The notes: generated by a model not told the origin, from the sequence alone. 64,000 nucleotides of DNA from Alphaproteobacteria bacterium UBA830 (GCA_002295635.1 DBHK01000017.1:25396-89395); one strand, 5' to 3'; positions 41,081 through 51,832 are shown, counted from the stretch's first letter. Made by a program: numbers and translations.

Positions 41081-42481
41081 TCAGAAATCAGGCGGTTCTA
41101 TCCCGCTGGACCGGATCTGCTGGACAAGCGCATTTTTTACACGTTCTAGCCCTTTAAGCGTTCCGGCCTCGCACCGGGCGACGAGTGCATCTTGCGTATT
41201 CGATGACCGAAGAAGCCACCAACCGTCTTCTGATATTACGCGGACACCGTCAATATCCACGAAATTTGCGCCTAATTTAGACAGCCGGTCACGGACCTCC
41301 TCAACTACCGCCAACTTGCGGTCCTCTGCGCATGGAAAGCGTAGCTCCGGCGTATTTAACATTTTCGGCAAAGACCTCCGGATATCAGCAAGTGTTTCTT
41401 CACGATTTGCCAAACAGCCAAGCAGTCGCACGGCAGCGTAGAGTGCATCATCATATCCGAAATATCGATCGGCAAAAAAGATATGACCGCTCATTTCACC
41501 CGACAGCAGCGCCCCAGTCTCTGCCATCTTAGCTTTTATCAAAGAATGCCCCGTGCGCCACATCATTGGCCTGCCGCCCATCTCTGCCACCCGGTCGAAC
41601 AAAACTTGGCTGGCTTTGACATCCGCTATAATTGTTGCCCCAGGATTATATGTCAGAACATCTTCCGCCCAGATGGTCATCAATTGATCGCCCCACAAGA
41701 TTTCTCCCTCGCTGTCGATAACCCCAATTCTGTCACCGTCGCCATCAAAGGCTATTCCAAGATCACAGTTTTGCACCAAGACGACGTCACGTAACTGCCG
41801 CATATTTTCTACCACTGTGGGATCTGGATGATGCGCCGGAAAGCTGCCGTCGATCTTTTCATTTAAAAGGAAATGCTCGCCGGGCAACTGCGCGGTCACC
41901 TGAACCATCGCCTCCCCTGCGGCACCATTTCCGGCGTCCCACGCCACCCTTAGATCGCGGCCATCTCGATAGTCTTGTAGAATGCGTTCAACATAGTGGC
42001 CAAGCATCGGGTTTTTTCGAACCGTGCCCTCGCCGGATGCATATCTACCCGCCGAAGCGATACGATCGAGGTTAGTGATATCGGCGCCGTAGAAGGGCTT
42101 AGCACCCCGCATCATCTTAAAACCGTTATACTCTGGGGGATTATGTGATCCGGATATCATGATTCCCCCGGCCGCATTCAACCTGTTAACCGAAAAGTAT
42201 AGCATTGGTGTGGGACCCAGACCTACACGGACTACCTCAAGCCCACACGCCGTTAGTCCATCGACTGTAGCGCACTCCATTTCCGGCGAACTCAGGCGCC
42301 CATCGTATCCCACGCATACTACACCTGCACCAGCGGAAGAAATTTCTGTACCGAATGCGCGCCCAATCACATAGGCATCTTCCGCGGTCAGTGTATCTCC
42401 TACGATTCCTCGTATATCGTACTCGCGAAGGATCGTCGAATTGAGGTTATGGGGCGTTCTCTGGCCTGCAAAACCCGTCAT
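41081..42481 (-). CDS. phosphomannomutase/phosphoglucomutase
   Basis: 466 aa; GSHNPPEYNGFK active-site serine loop; GDGDRIG metal-binding loop. Confidence 0.85.
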   Translation of the reverse strand: MTGFAGQRTPHNLNSTILREYDIRGIVGDTLTAEDAYVIGRAFGTEISSAGAGVVCVGYDGRLSSPEMECATVDGLTACGLEVVRVGLGPTPMLYFSVNRLNAAGGIMISGSHNPPEYNGFKMMRGAKPFYGADITNLDRIASAGRYASGEGTVRKNPMLGHYVERILQDYRDGRDLRVAWDAGNGAAGEAMVQVTAQLPGEHFLLNEKIDGSFPAHHPDPTVVENMRQLRDVVLVQNCDLGIAFDGDGDRIGVIDSEGEILWGDQLMTIWAEDVLTYNPGATIIADVKASQVLFDRVAEMGGRPMMWRTGHSLIKAKMAETGALLSGEMSGHIFFADRYFGYDDALYAAVRLLGCLANREETLADIRRSLPKMLNTPELRFPCAEDRKLAVVEEVRDRLSKLGANFVDIDGVRVISEDGWWLLRSSNTQDALVARCEAGTLKGLERVKNALVQQIRSSGIEPPDF

Positions 42482-43800
42482 GGCCGGGCGATCACTGGAT
42501 CACGGCCAACGCTATAATAATCAAACCCCGCTTTGATTATTTCATCCGATTTGTAAATATTTCGGAGATCGACCAGCAGCGGCGTTTCCATTAGTTTTTT
42601 TACACGCCCCAAGTCAAGTAAACGAAATTCGTTCCACTCCGTAATAATCACGAGTGCGTCCGCACCATCCATTGTCTGATAGGCATTTTCACAGAAAATC
42701 GTTTCCGGAAGCATTTCCCTCGCTTCTTCCATCCCCTGCGGGTCAAATGCCCTCACCATCGCCCCAGCTTTATGGAGGGAAGGCAGAATCACGAGGCTAG
42801 GGCTGTCACGCATATCATTGGTATTTGGTTTAAATGTCAGCCCTAAAACCGCGATCGTTTTACCTTTCACTGATCCGCCACAAGCAGAAACAATCTTATC
42901 TACCATCTGGTGCTTTCGTTCATCGTTCACCTGAACGACTGCCTCCACAATTCGCAGAGGCGCATCGAAATCCCGAGCCGTTTTTACAAGTGCTAGCGTA
43001 TCCTTTGGAAAGCAGGATCCACCATATCCAGGTCCGGCATGCAGGAATTTACTACCGATGCGCCCATCTAGTCCTATCCCTCGTGCAACCTCTTGTACAT
43101 TGGCGCCAACTTTCTCACAAAGATCGGCAATCTCATTAATGAAGGTAATCTTCGCGGCTAGAAAAGTATTCGCGGCATACTTGATAAGTTCGGCGGTTTC
43201 GATCTTGGTGTAGAGGATCGGCGTTTCCATCAAATATAGAGGCCGATAGAGTTGCCGCAGAACATCTGAAGCTCTTTCGGCATCAGTACCTATCACGACG
43301 CGGTCCGGACGCATAAAATCTTCAATAGCGGATCCCTCGCGCAGAAATTCTGGGTTTGAGGCAACGTCAAATTTGTCGGCAGAACGAATTTCTCTAATGA
43401 TGCGGTAGACCTCGTCGCCGGTCCCGACCGGGACTGTCGATTTGGTTACTATGACAGTATAGTCGTCTATCGCATTCCCAATCTCGGCAGCGGCCGCGTA
43501 GACGTAAGAAAGATCGGCATGCCCATCGTCTTCTTTTGTCGGCGTGCCAACGGCTATGAATACAGCGTCCGCACCTTTAACCGCGACATCCAAATCTGTG
43601 GTGAAACCCAACCTACCAGCCTCAACATTTTTGGTGACAAGAGCATCAAGGCCAGGTTCATAAATAGGCATGACACCAGCCTTCAGGCGGTTAATTTTTT
43701 CGGCATCCTTATCAACACATACTACTTCTGTACCAAATTCAGAAAAACATGCGCCTGACACAAGTCCCACATAGCCCGTTCCAATCATCGCAATTCGCAT
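42478..43800 (-). CDS. ugd: UDP-glucose 6-dehydrogenase
   Basis: 440 aa; N-terminal GTGYVGLVSGACF NAD-binding motif; catalytic GGSCFPKD. Confidence 0.9.
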   Translation of the reverse strand: MRIAMIGTGYVGLVSGACFSEFGTEVVCVDKDAEKINRLKAGVMPIYEPGLDALVTKNVEAGRLGFTTDLDVAVKGADAVFIAVGTPTKEDDGHADLSYVYAAAAEIGNAIDDYTVIVTKSTVPVGTGDEVYRIIREIRSADKFDVASNPEFLREGSAIEDFMRPDRVVIGTDAERASDVLRQLYRPLYLMETPILYTKIETAELIKYAANTFLAAKITFINEIADLCEKVGANVQEVARGIGLDGRIGSKFLHAGPGYGGSCFPKDTLALVKTARDFDAPLRIVEAVVQVNDERKHQMVDKIVSACGGSVKGKTIAVLGLTFKPNTNDMRDSPSLVILPSLHKAGAMVRAFDPQGMEEAREMLPETIFCENAYQTMDGADALVIITEWNEFRLLDLGRVKKLMETPLLVDLRNIYKSDEIIKAGFDYYSVGRDPVIARP

Positions 43801-43818
43801 AGTTCACTCCATCTCAGA

Positions 43819-44703
43819 TCAACGCTCTGAATGTGCCGCGTATCTGTCTATCACTTCCTGAACCTGATCTCGGAGTTCCGTTCGCTCTAGAGCGAACGCA
43901 ACATTGGCTTCAAAAAAACCGGTCTTGTCCCCGCAATCGAAACGAATACCATCGAAGCGGAGCCCGTGAAACGGCGAATCACCAATCATCCGGGCCATAG
44001 AGTCTGTCAGTTGGATCTCGCCACCGGCGCCTTTTTTCCGCTGGCTCAAGTACTCGAATACCTCCGGTAGCAAAATATAGCGACCAATGATGCTGATGGC
44101 GGACGGAGCATCGTTAGGTTCCGGTTTTTCTACCATGCCGGCAACCTCAACTAAAACGCCATCATCGGAACCGACCTCCAAGATACCGTAGCGTCTAGTT
44201 TGTTCCCTCGGCACTTCCATGACAGCGACCACATTCCCACCGGTTTGGTCGTACACATCGATCAACTGTTTAATACAAGGGGTTTCCGACATTACTAAAT
44301 CGTCAGCTAGCAGCACGGCAAACGGTTCATCCCCAACCAGTTCGCGTGCACACCAGATCGCATGTCCCAAACCCATAGGCTCCTGCTGACGAGTGTAGGC
44401 AACTCGGCCAGGCTCAAGTACTGGAATATCTATTGCATGTAGCTCCGCTTCTTTACCCCGCTCTCCCAGAACCTGGCGGAGTTCAAAACTGTAGTCGAAG
44501 AAATCTTCGATAGCAGCCTTACCACGACCCGTGACGAAAATTATTTCCTCGATCCCGGCAGCTAAAGCTTCTTCGACCGCATACTGTATAAGCGGCTTGT
44601 CGACTACTGGGAGCATTTCCTTAGGCATGGCTTTGGTCGCAGGCAAAAACCTGGTGCCAAGCCCGCCGACGGGAAATACCGCCTTTCTTAATCTTTTAAC
44701 CAC
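43819..44703 (-). CDS. galU: UTP--glucose-1-phosphate uridylyltransferase
   Basis: 294 aa; VFPVGGLGTRFLPATKAMPKEMLPVVDKP signature. Confidence 0.9.
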   Translation of the reverse strand: MVKRLRKAVFPVGGLGTRFLPATKAMPKEMLPVVDKPLIQYAVEEALAAGIEEIIFVTGRGKAAIEDFFDYSFELRQVLGERGKEAELHAIDIPVLEPGRVAYTRQQEPMGLGHAIWCARELVGDEPFAVLLADDLVMSETPCIKQLIDVYDQTGGNVVAVMEVPREQTRRYGILEVGSDDGVLVEVAGMVEKPEPNDAPSAISIIGRYILLPEVFEYLSQRKKGAGGEIQLTDSMARMIGDSPFHGLRFDGIRFDCGDKTGFFEANVAFALERTELRDQVQEVIDRYAAHSER

Positions 44704-44851
44704 TGGCTATTCCCCATCGAATGCGGGCACTGATCTTGAGTTTTTGAAGCACATGAATTCGACCGAGTTTGTGCCACGGGCCATTCGGGTATGCAAGCAA
44801 CGCCAAGGCGATTAAAGAAAGTACCGTGGTTTAACCAACAAGTACCGATAG

Positions 44852-45559
44852 CTAGCCGGAGGGAAGGAGTGTATCTTTGGCCCGGTTGATCTGCGCAGCG
44901 AGCCAAGTTGATCCACCGCGATCAGGGTGGTTAGATTTGAGCAACATCCGATGGGCTTCTCTTATCTGATGGTCTGTTGCCCCGGGTTGCAAGCCGAGAA
45001 TTTCATACGCCTGACCCGGAGTCATAGAGCTATCTCTGGCCGCCGACCTGTCATTACTACGAGCCTCACCGGATCCCTCACGCCACTTTGTACCGTGAAC
45101 GCGATCAAGATAGGTTTCTAGGACATCTGCCGACCGAGGATCCTGCACCCGGCATTCATGAAGCAAATCTACAATGTCATCGACCAGCATTTCCTCCAAA
45201 AGGTGTCCTTCGAAGGTGCCCCTCAGAACTGTCCCTCTTAAAATTCCAGTATCGTGCTCCAGGATCATGCGGAGATAGGCGGTCTCAATATCAGATTGTC
45301 TTCCCGGTGTAGGGCCTCGCATATTACTAAGAATTTGCATGATGGAGCGCCATCGCCATATCATCGGTAGTAGAAACAACAACCAAGCAAGCGGACCAAA
45401 CCGCCCACTAATCACGAGGAATGCAATCACTGCCGCGGCAGATATACCAACGAGGGCCACCAGCACACGTTGCATATTTATAGATCGCGTTTTCCGCAAG
45501 CCGCGTATGACTAGAAAGATACCAAGGACAATCGCAAGCCCGAGAATAAAATACGACAT
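44852..45559 (-). CDS. membrane-anchored J-domain protein (DjlA-like co-chaperone)
   Basis: Two N-terminal TM helices; C-terminal J domain with HPD motif (YEILGL...KSNHPDRGGS). Confidence 0.65.
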   Translation of the reverse strand: MSYFILGLAIVLGIFLVIRGLRKTRSINMQRVLVALVGISAAAVIAFLVISGRFGPLAWLLFLLPMIWRWRSIMQILSNMRGPTPGRQSDIETAYLRMILEHDTGILRGTVLRGTFEGHLLEEMLVDDIVDLLHECRVQDPRSADVLETYLDRVHGTKWREGSGEARSNDRSAARDSSMTPGQAYEILGLQPGATDHQIREAHRMLLKSNHPDRGGSTWLAAQINRAKDTLLPSG

Positions 45560-45568
45560 AGCGACGGC

Positions 45569-46282
45569 TTAGCGAACTTGGTTTGTAATCATTTTTGCCG
45601 CGCCGCCCTTTTTATCTGAATATTTTTCAAGAGCTTTTCGACCGCCAGCAGCGAAAACCGCAACTGCCGATAGTAGTTCTTTGAGTTGCTTCGCCGACGA
45701 CAGATCAAAATTGCAGTACGCCCCGCCGGTTACTCTGGCAATCTGGCGGAATGCTCTCTCTGCGATAATGTCATTACCTTCCTGAAAGAGAAAAGCGGGG
45801 ACTCCGGCTACGCCAAGTTCGCCGGCTACGTCGCAGACTTCGTCTATTCCTTCTTCAAAACTATCACCAACAAACACAAGGGCGTTGACGCGTTTTGCTT
45901 TATTTTCGCGGATTGTATGTAGCAATATTTTTTTTATCTGAGTGCGTCCTCCAAGGCACCTAACGCCAGTCATTCGTCTTACAAGCTCGACTGATGAAGA
46001 AAGCCATGGACTGGATTTGCACTCACCAAACCCTCTAAAAAAAACAAGTTGAACGTCTAATCCACCCAAGCTACCTGCCGCATTGAACATTTCAGCCTGT
46101 ACGTGGCATGCCTGATCCCAAGAAGATTCTCGGCTGGCTGTAGCATCCATCGCAAATAGCAGACGACCGCGACCACGACCTGAATGGACCTTTGGAGTGG
46201 CCGCAACTTTTGCTAGAAAACTCGATACTTGGTCTGTATTTGCCGAATTCGGCAGGTTGATTTTCATCTTATCGCCGGACAT
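45569..46282 (-). CDS. von Willebrand factor A (VWA) domain protein
   Basis: MIDAS residues D-A-T-A-S, GGRT and GDS loops; start ambiguous (ORF track 46396, but that overlaps the divergent SDR; Met at 46282 or 46267 more likely); 9 nt upstream of the J-domain gene. Confidence 0.55.
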   Translation of the reverse strand: MSGDKMKINLPNSANTDQVSSFLAKVAATPKVHSGRGRGRLLFAMDATASRESSWDQACHVQAEMFNAAGSLGGLDVQLVFFRGFGECKSSPWLSSSVELVRRMTGVRCLGGRTQIKKILLHTIRENKAKRVNALVFVGDSFEEGIDEVCDVAGELGVAGVPAFLFQEGNDIIAERAFRQIARVTGGAYCNFDLSSAKQLKELLSAVAVFAAGGRKALEKYSDKKGGAAKMITNQVR

Positions 46283-46383
46283 TCTATCACCTACACCGCC
46301 TGACAGGTCTGAAATAATACCATTATGCGAGTAATTCCAGTCTAGCGATAATGCCAGCCGAAAATAACCAATGGAAAGCCAAT

Positions 46384-47148
46384 ATGCCGAAAACACCGGG
46401 TTTCTTCCATAACCGCACCATTTTGGTCACCGGCGGCGCTAGCGGGATCGGCCGCGCGACAGCAGAAATTTTCGCGCGCGAAGGCTCAAACGTGATCGTT
46501 GCTGATATCGACGGATACGGCGCCAAGATCGTTGCCGAGAGTATTCGCTCGTCGAATGTTAGTTCCGAAGCAGTAGCGGTCGATGTCACCGATCGACGCT
46601 CCGTAGACAACATGATCGCCGCCGGGGTGGCATCTTTCGATCGGATTGACTACCTCTTTAATAGCGCTGGTTCGGCCGGCCGACGATCGTCATTTCTCGA
46701 TATTGACGCCGATCTGTGGCGGCAAACATATAGTCTAAACGTAGATGGTGTTTTTAACACTATGCAATCGATCCTTCCGCACATGTTGGACAACGGATAC
46801 GGCGTAATTGTTAATATCGCTAGTATGGCTCACCGCCGAGGCGGTCCCGGCCACTCGACACATTATGCGTCCGCTAAAGGCGCCGTGGTGACGTTGACTA
46901 TGGGGGTTGCCCGGGAGTTTGTAGAAAAGGGTATTCGCGCAGTATCTATCTCCCCGGGGCCAATAGATACTGCTTTTCAGTCGATTTCCTCTCCGGATCT
47001 CAAGCAAAGGATGACTGATGATGTGCCGATGAAAAGAATGGGAAAACCGGAAGAAATAGGCGAAATGGCGCTATTCATCTGCTCTGACGCGTGCGAATTT
47101 ATGACAGCAGATACGATATATATAAATGGTGGCGGCGGGTTCCGCTAG
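46384..47148 (+). CDS. SDR family oxidoreductase
   Basis: Start at MPKTPGFF with GGAAAG upstream; TGGASGIGRA Rossmann motif; YASAKG (YxxxK) catalytic motif. Confidence 0.75.
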   Translation: MPKTPGFFHNRTILVTGGASGIGRATAEIFAREGSNVIVADIDGYGAKIVAESIRSSNVSSEAVAVDVTDRRSVDNMIAAGVASFDRIDYLFNSAGSAGRRSSFLDIDADLWRQTYSLNVDGVFNTMQSILPHMLDNGYGVIVNIASMAHRRGGPGHSTHYASAKGAVVTLTMGVAREFVEKGIRAVSISPGPIDTAFQSISSPDLKQRMTDDVPMKRMGKPEEIGEMALFICSDACEFMTADTIYINGGGGFR

Positions 47149-47161
47149 AAGGAGCTCAAAT

Positions 47162-47383
47162 ATGAATGGATCGAAACATCAAGAATCGAGATTTGACGCG
47201 CTCGAAGAGCATATCGCTCACCAAGACCAAATAATAGATGAACTTAGTGAGATGGCCGCGAAACAATGGACAGAGATTATCGACCTAAAACAGCATCTCA
47301 AGGTGCTCATTGATAAATTGCAGGAAATAGAGGCAGAGCCCTCTGACAACCACACTGACCGACCTCCTCCACCGCATTATTGA
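47162..47383 (+). CDS. slyX: SlyX family protein
   Basis: AAGGAG RBS before ATG 47162; coiled-coil 73-aa protein ending in PPPHY as in SlyX. Confidence 0.7.
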   Translation: MNGSKHQESRFDALEEHIAHQDQIIDELSEMAAKQWTEIIDLKQHLKVLIDKLQEIEAEPSDNHTDRPPPPHY

Positions 47384-47639
47384 GACGGCTACAACGCATC
47401 CCAGACTTCAACCAAGAAGTGGTTAATATCTCGAATTAGGTAGCATTGGCTTTGATATTTACTCTCAATCTACCAGGTATAAGGGACATTAAACTCACGC
47501 CATATCACGTCCTTAGAAGAAATTTTTACAAAAAGGTAAATTCTTCTCAGAACACTAAAATCGGGCGGTCTAAACCTTTCCGGAGTTTCAAGCGGGATTC
47601 CGCGTGAGATTCGCCGCCGTCTGCGCTAAGCAGGTAGTG

Positions 47640-47882
47640 ATGAAAGTGCGAGTCCATATCACCCTCAAAATTGGTGTGCTCGACCCTCAAGGAAAGGCTA
47701 TCGAACACGCCCTCGGCCGGCTTGGGTTCTCCGGTATTAACGAGGTTCGTCAGGGGAAGTATATCGAACTCGAACTTGCTGAAAATGACGCCGCGGCGGC
47801 ACGAACCTTAGTGCAGGAGATGTGTGAAAAACTTCTTGCCAACACCGTCATCGAAAATTACGAGATTGATGTTGAAGGATGA
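47640..47882 (+). CDS. purS: phosphoribosylformylglycinamidine synthase subunit PurS
   Basis: [19 protein letters not shown]-terminus typical of PurS; overlaps purQ start. Confidence 0.85.
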   Translation: MKVRVHITLKIGVLDPQGKAIEHALGRLGFSGINEVRQGKYIELELAENDAAAARTLVQEMCEKLLANTVIENYEIDVEG

Positions 47883-48577
47883 AGGCAGCCGTAATTGTCT
47901 CCCCAGGTTCCAACTGCGACCGCGATATTCAGGTGGCATTGCGACAGAGCGCGGGCGTCGAGCCAATCATGCATTGGCACAAAGATCCTGATCTACCGGT
48001 TGTAGATATGATTGTGATACCTGGTGGATTCTCCTTCGGCGATTACCTTCGCGCCGGAGCGATGGCCGCTCACTCGTCAGTAATTCGCGAGGTCATAGTC
48101 CGTGCCAAAAGCGGTGTTCCAATCCTAGGAATTTGTAATGGGTTTCAGATTCTTACCGAATGTGGCTTACTTCCCGGTGTCCTGATGCGCAACGCCCAAC
48201 TAAAATTTATCTGTCGCGACGTCGACCTGCGTGTCGAGGCCGCAGACACCGTGTTTACGCGTTCTTATCTCGATGGACAGGTCATTCGGATTCCAGTTGC
48301 TCATAACGAGGGAAACTATTTTGCCGACGACGATACGCTTAATCGGCTGGACGGGGAAAACCGAGTAGCATTCCGCTACTGCACACCGAATGGTAATATA
48401 ATCGACGGTGCCAACCCAAATGGCGCCGCCCGAAATATTGCTGGAATTCTGAACGAAAATCGCAACGTCCTCGGCATGATGCCACATCCGGAACGGCTCG
48501 CTGATACCGCGTTGGGCGGAACTGATGGTCGGCCGATGTTTGACAGTCTCGTCGAAGTACTGTCGGGGATCTCATGA
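47879..48577 (+). CDS. purQ: phosphoribosylformylglycinamidine synthase subunit PurQ (glutaminase)
   Basis: 232 aa; class I glutamine amidotransferase with GICNGFQ catalytic Cys. Confidence 0.9.
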   Translation: MKAAVIVSPGSNCDRDIQVALRQSAGVEPIMHWHKDPDLPVVDMIVIPGGFSFGDYLRAGAMAAHSSVIREVIVRAKSGVPILGICNGFQILTECGLLPGVLMRNAQLKFICRDVDLRVEAADTVFTRSYLDGQVIRIPVAHNEGNYFADDDTLNRLDGENRVAFRYCTPNGNIIDGANPNGAARNIAGILNENRNVLGMMPHPERLADTALGGTDGRPMFDSLVEVLSGIS

Positions 48578-50772
48578 TCGAGATATCCTCTCAAATCATT
48601 GCCGATCATGGCCTTACGCCTACGGAATACGATCGCGTTCTCGAAATTATGGGCCGCGCACCAAATCATACCGAACTGGGTGTTTTCTCGGTTATGTGGT
48701 CTGAGCATTGTTCATATAAGTCTTCAAAATTCTGGCTGAAAAAGCTGCCGACGGAAGCACCCTGGGTAATCTGTGGACCGGGAGAGAACGCTGGCGTAAT
48801 CGATATCGGGGACGGTAAGGCCTGTATTTTTAAGATGGAAAGCCACAATCATCCGTCATTTATCGAACCATACCAAGGGGCAGCAACCGGGGTTGGTGGC
48901 ATCCTACGCGACGTTTTTACAATGGGAGCGCGGCCGATTGCTAATATGAACGCACTACGTTTCGGCGAACCAAGTCATCCAAAAACCCGCCACTTGGTTA
49001 ACGGTGTGGTTTCTGGAATCGGTAGCTACGGTAACTGTATCGGCGTTCCAACCGTTGGCGGAGAGATAAATTTCGACTCGAGCTACAATGGCAATATCAT
49101 TGTAAATGCCATGACGGTCGGGATTGCCGATACCGATAAGATTTTCTACTCCGCCGCGGCGGGGGTCGGTAATGCAGTCGTATATGTCGGCTCCAAGACC
49201 GGCCGTGACGGTATCCATGGTGCCACCATGGCTTCAGCCGAGTTCGATGAAGATTCAGACGGGAAGCGGCCCACGGTGCAGGTGGGGGATCCTTTTACCG
49301 AGAAGCTCTTATTAGAGGCCTGCCTTGAGTTGATGTCGACTGACGCGATTATCGCTATCCAGGACATGGGCGCGGCGGGACTAACCTCTTCGTCGGTAGA
49401 GATGTCGGATAAAGGTGGCGTTGGTATTGAATTTGACCTTGACCTAGTACCCGTTCGTGAAGAGGCCATGACACCGTATGAGATAATGCTCTCGGAAAGC
49501 CAAGAACGTATGTTAATGGTTCTCAAGCCCGGCCGAGAGGAAATGGCGCAGAAAATCTTCGAAAAATGGGAACTCGATTTTGCTGTTATAGGTCGGGTGA
49601 CGGATACCAACCGACTTGTCCTGAAATTCGCTGGCGAGGTTGTATGCGATATTCCGGTCCCACCGCTAGTCGCTGGAGCGCCTGAATATGAACGCCCGTG
49701 GGTGCGTACCCCGCCATCTCCGGGTTTAACAGCGGAAGAGGCTTTGCACGGATTCGACCTAACCCCGGAGGAAGCATTGATCGAGATGATGGCATCTCCT
49801 GACCTCTGTTCTCGCCGCTGGGTATGGGAGCAATACGACCACATGGTGATGGGCGATACGGTGCAGAGACCGGGCGGAGATGCAGCAGTAGTACGCGTTC
49901 ACGGCACAGATCGCGGTCTTGCTATCACCACAGACTGTACACCTCGATACTGCGTCGCCGACCCTGTCGGGGGTGGGCGCCAAGCAGTTTCCGAGGCATG
50001 GCGTAACTTAATAGCATGCGGTGCAAAACCACTAGCTATTACGGATAACATGAATTTCGGGAACCCCGAACGTCCGGAGATCATGGGTCAGTTTGTCGGA
50101 TGCATCGAAGGCATGAGAGAGGCGTGTATCGCGCTGGATTTCCCGGTCGTCTCAGGAAATGTCTCCCTCTACAATGAGACCAACGGTTCTGGAATCCTTC
50201 CTACTCCAGCTATTGGTGGTGTCGGGCTAATCGAGGATATCACAACAAAGATGGTGTCGCCTGCCTTCGCAGCAGAGGGCGAAGACATAGTGTTGATCGG
50301 CGAAACCGTGGGCCATCTCGGCCGATCCCTCTTCCTACGCCACTATAAAGAACAAAGTATCGGCGCGCCTCCCCCGGTCGATCTTTTTACGGAACGTCGA
50401 AATGGTGATTTCGTTCACGAACATACTGAGATCAATGCATTAACGGCCTGTCACGATTTGTCGGACGGAGGTTTGTTGGTCGCGATTGCTGAGATGGCGC
50501 TCGCCGGAAACATAGGTGCGCACCTCTTCTCCGCGCCCAACAATATACCTCCACTCGCCTGGTGGTTTGGAGAGGATCAGTCACGGTATCTTATTACCCT
50601 CGAAAATTCGAAGAACTTACTAACCGCGGCCAATACTCGCGGCGTCGCGGCCCGATTGATAGGACGTACTGGGAGCTCGGAGTTGACCCTAGCTAATGGC
50701 AACTCTATACCCCTCTCACATATACGGAATGCTCATGAAAACTGGCTTCCCCGCTATATGACGGCCAACTAA
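48574..50772 (+). CDS. purL: phosphoribosylformylglycinamidine synthase subunit PurL
   Basis: 732 aa; tandem PurM-like domains; 4-nt overlap with purQ. Confidence 0.95.
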   Translation: MIEISSQIIADHGLTPTEYDRVLEIMGRAPNHTELGVFSVMWSEHCSYKSSKFWLKKLPTEAPWVICGPGENAGVIDIGDGKACIFKMESHNHPSFIEPYQGAATGVGGILRDVFTMGARPIANMNALRFGEPSHPKTRHLVNGVVSGIGSYGNCIGVPTVGGEINFDSSYNGNIIVNAMTVGIADTDKIFYSAAAGVGNAVVYVGSKTGRDGIHGATMASAEFDEDSDGKRPTVQVGDPFTEKLLLEACLELMSTDAIIAIQDMGAAGLTSSSVEMSDKGGVGIEFDLDLVPVREEAMTPYEIMLSESQERMLMVLKPGREEMAQKIFEKWELDFAVIGRVTDTNRLVLKFAGEVVCDIPVPPLVAGAPEYERPWVRTPPSPGLTAEEALHGFDLTPEEALIEMMASPDLCSRRWVWEQYDHMVMGDTVQRPGGDAAVVRVHGTDRGLAITTDCTPRYCVADPVGGGRQAVSEAWRNLIACGAKPLAITDNMNFGNPERPEIMGQFVGCIEGMREACIALDFPVVSGNVSLYNETNGSGILPTPAIGGVGLIEDITTKMVSPAFAAEGEDIVLIGETVGHLGRSLFLRHYKEQSIGAPPPVDLFTERRNGDFVHEHTEINALTACHDLSDGGLLVAIAEMALAGNIGAHLFSAPNNIPPLAWWFGEDQSRYLITLENSKNLLTAANTRGVAARLIGRTGSSELTLANGNSIPLSHIRNAHENWLPRYMTAN

Positions 50773-50826
50773 AGGCTGAGGAAACAAACACGAACGAATT
50801 AGAGAGATAGATAAGGGAAACAAGCT

Positions 50827-51066
50827 ATGCCGATGGATGCAGGTATGATTGAAGGCCTGATCAAGGAGAGCATTCCTGATGCGGAGGTCACCATTCAGGA
50901 CCTCGCGGGGGACGGCGATCATTACGCTGCCTTGGTCGTTTCCAGTACATTCAACGGCAAAACCCGAGTGCAACAGCATCAAATGGTCTATCAGGCACTA
51001 GAGGGACGTATGGGCGGCGAGCTCCATGCGCTGGCTCTCCAGACTAGTACCCCTAAGGATACTTAA
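50827..51066 (+). CDS. bolA: BolA family protein
   Basis: 79 aa; BolA-like fold sequence (GDGDHYAALVVSSTFNGKTRVQQHQMVYQAL). Confidence 0.75.
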   Translation: MPMDAGMIEGLIKESIPDAEVTIQDLAGDGDHYAALVVSSTFNGKTRVQQHQMVYQALEGRMGGELHALALQTSTPKDT

Positions 51067-51096
51067 TCCGGAACCCAATTTAGAGGAATAACTGCA

Positions 51097-51444
51097 ATGA
51101 GCGAACACCCTGTATTCGAACGTATAAAAGACGAAGTCGAAAAAAATGAAGTCGTTCTTTTTATGAAGGGTACACCCGTCTTTCCGCAATGCGGATTCTC
51201 TTCGGTTTGTGTCCAGATTCTAGGTAACCTTGGTATTCCCTTCACGAGCGTCAACGTGCTTGAAGACCAAGAAGTCCGAGAGGGCATTAAGGCCTATTCG
51301 GACTGGCCCACCATTCCGCAACTCTACGTGAAAGGAGAATTTGTGGGGGGCTGCGATATTATTCGCGAGATGTACGAATCCGGTGAACTTTTGGAATACT
51401 TCAATACCAATGGAATTAACGTCCAGCTTGCCAATCCAGAGTGA
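51097..51444 (+). CDS. grxD: Grx4-family monothiol glutaredoxin
   Basis: 115 aa; CGFS active-site motif (FPQCGFSS). Confidence 0.9.
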   Translation: MSEHPVFERIKDEVEKNEVVLFMKGTPVFPQCGFSSVCVQILGNLGIPFTSVNVLEDQEVREGIKAYSDWPTIPQLYVKGEFVGGCDIIREMYESGELLEYFNTNGINVQLANPE

Positions 51445-51477
51445 CTAGCCGGGTATGAACCGAGTCGATTTTCACCG

Positions 51478-51759
51478 ATGCGCCGGATGCGAAAAAAGTC
51501 CTTAATTCTCCATGCACAGCTACCGCTGATCATACTGGCTCTGACAGGCTGTAGCGGTGCCAAAGACCTCGCGAAAGTTTCCCCAAAGTTGCATTTAGCT
51601 TGCCAAACAATCTTATGCGAGTGCCGCACAAAACCCAGAAACGTTTTTGCCACCCCGAAAACTACAGATATTATCTGGCACCTAAATGGAAACGCCAGTT
51701 GCCCCGCCAACTATGTGTTGGAACGAGTCAAATTAGATTTCCTGGGGCGTAGAAATTAG
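51478..51759 (+). CDS. hypothetical Cys-rich small lipoprotein
   Basis: 93-aa ORF; signal peptide with lipobox LTGC; five further cysteines; no recognisable family. Confidence 0.35.
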   Translation: MRRMRKKSLILHAQLPLIILALTGCSGAKDLAKVSPKLHLACQTILCECRTKPRNVFATPKTTDIIWHLNGNASCPANYVLERVKLDFLGRRN

Positions 51760-51832
51760 GATTCCGGCCACGGCAGTAGAAAAACCTCTACAGACAAGCT
51801 TGCGCAGTTTTTCACTGATATCCCTAATCAAA

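Noticed and set aside
47560-47640. Possible ZTP/purine riboswitch upstream of purS
   Set aside because: Only partial resemblance to the conserved pfl/ZTP blocks; I could not reproduce the consensus pseudoknot segments. It is downgraded to an unexplained-leader finding rather than called as a feature.
49146-49844. 232-aa antisense ORF inside purL
   Set aside because: It lies entirely within a highly conserved essential gene on the opposite strand. Its Ser/Arg/Pro-rich composition is typical of GC-biased antisense frames.
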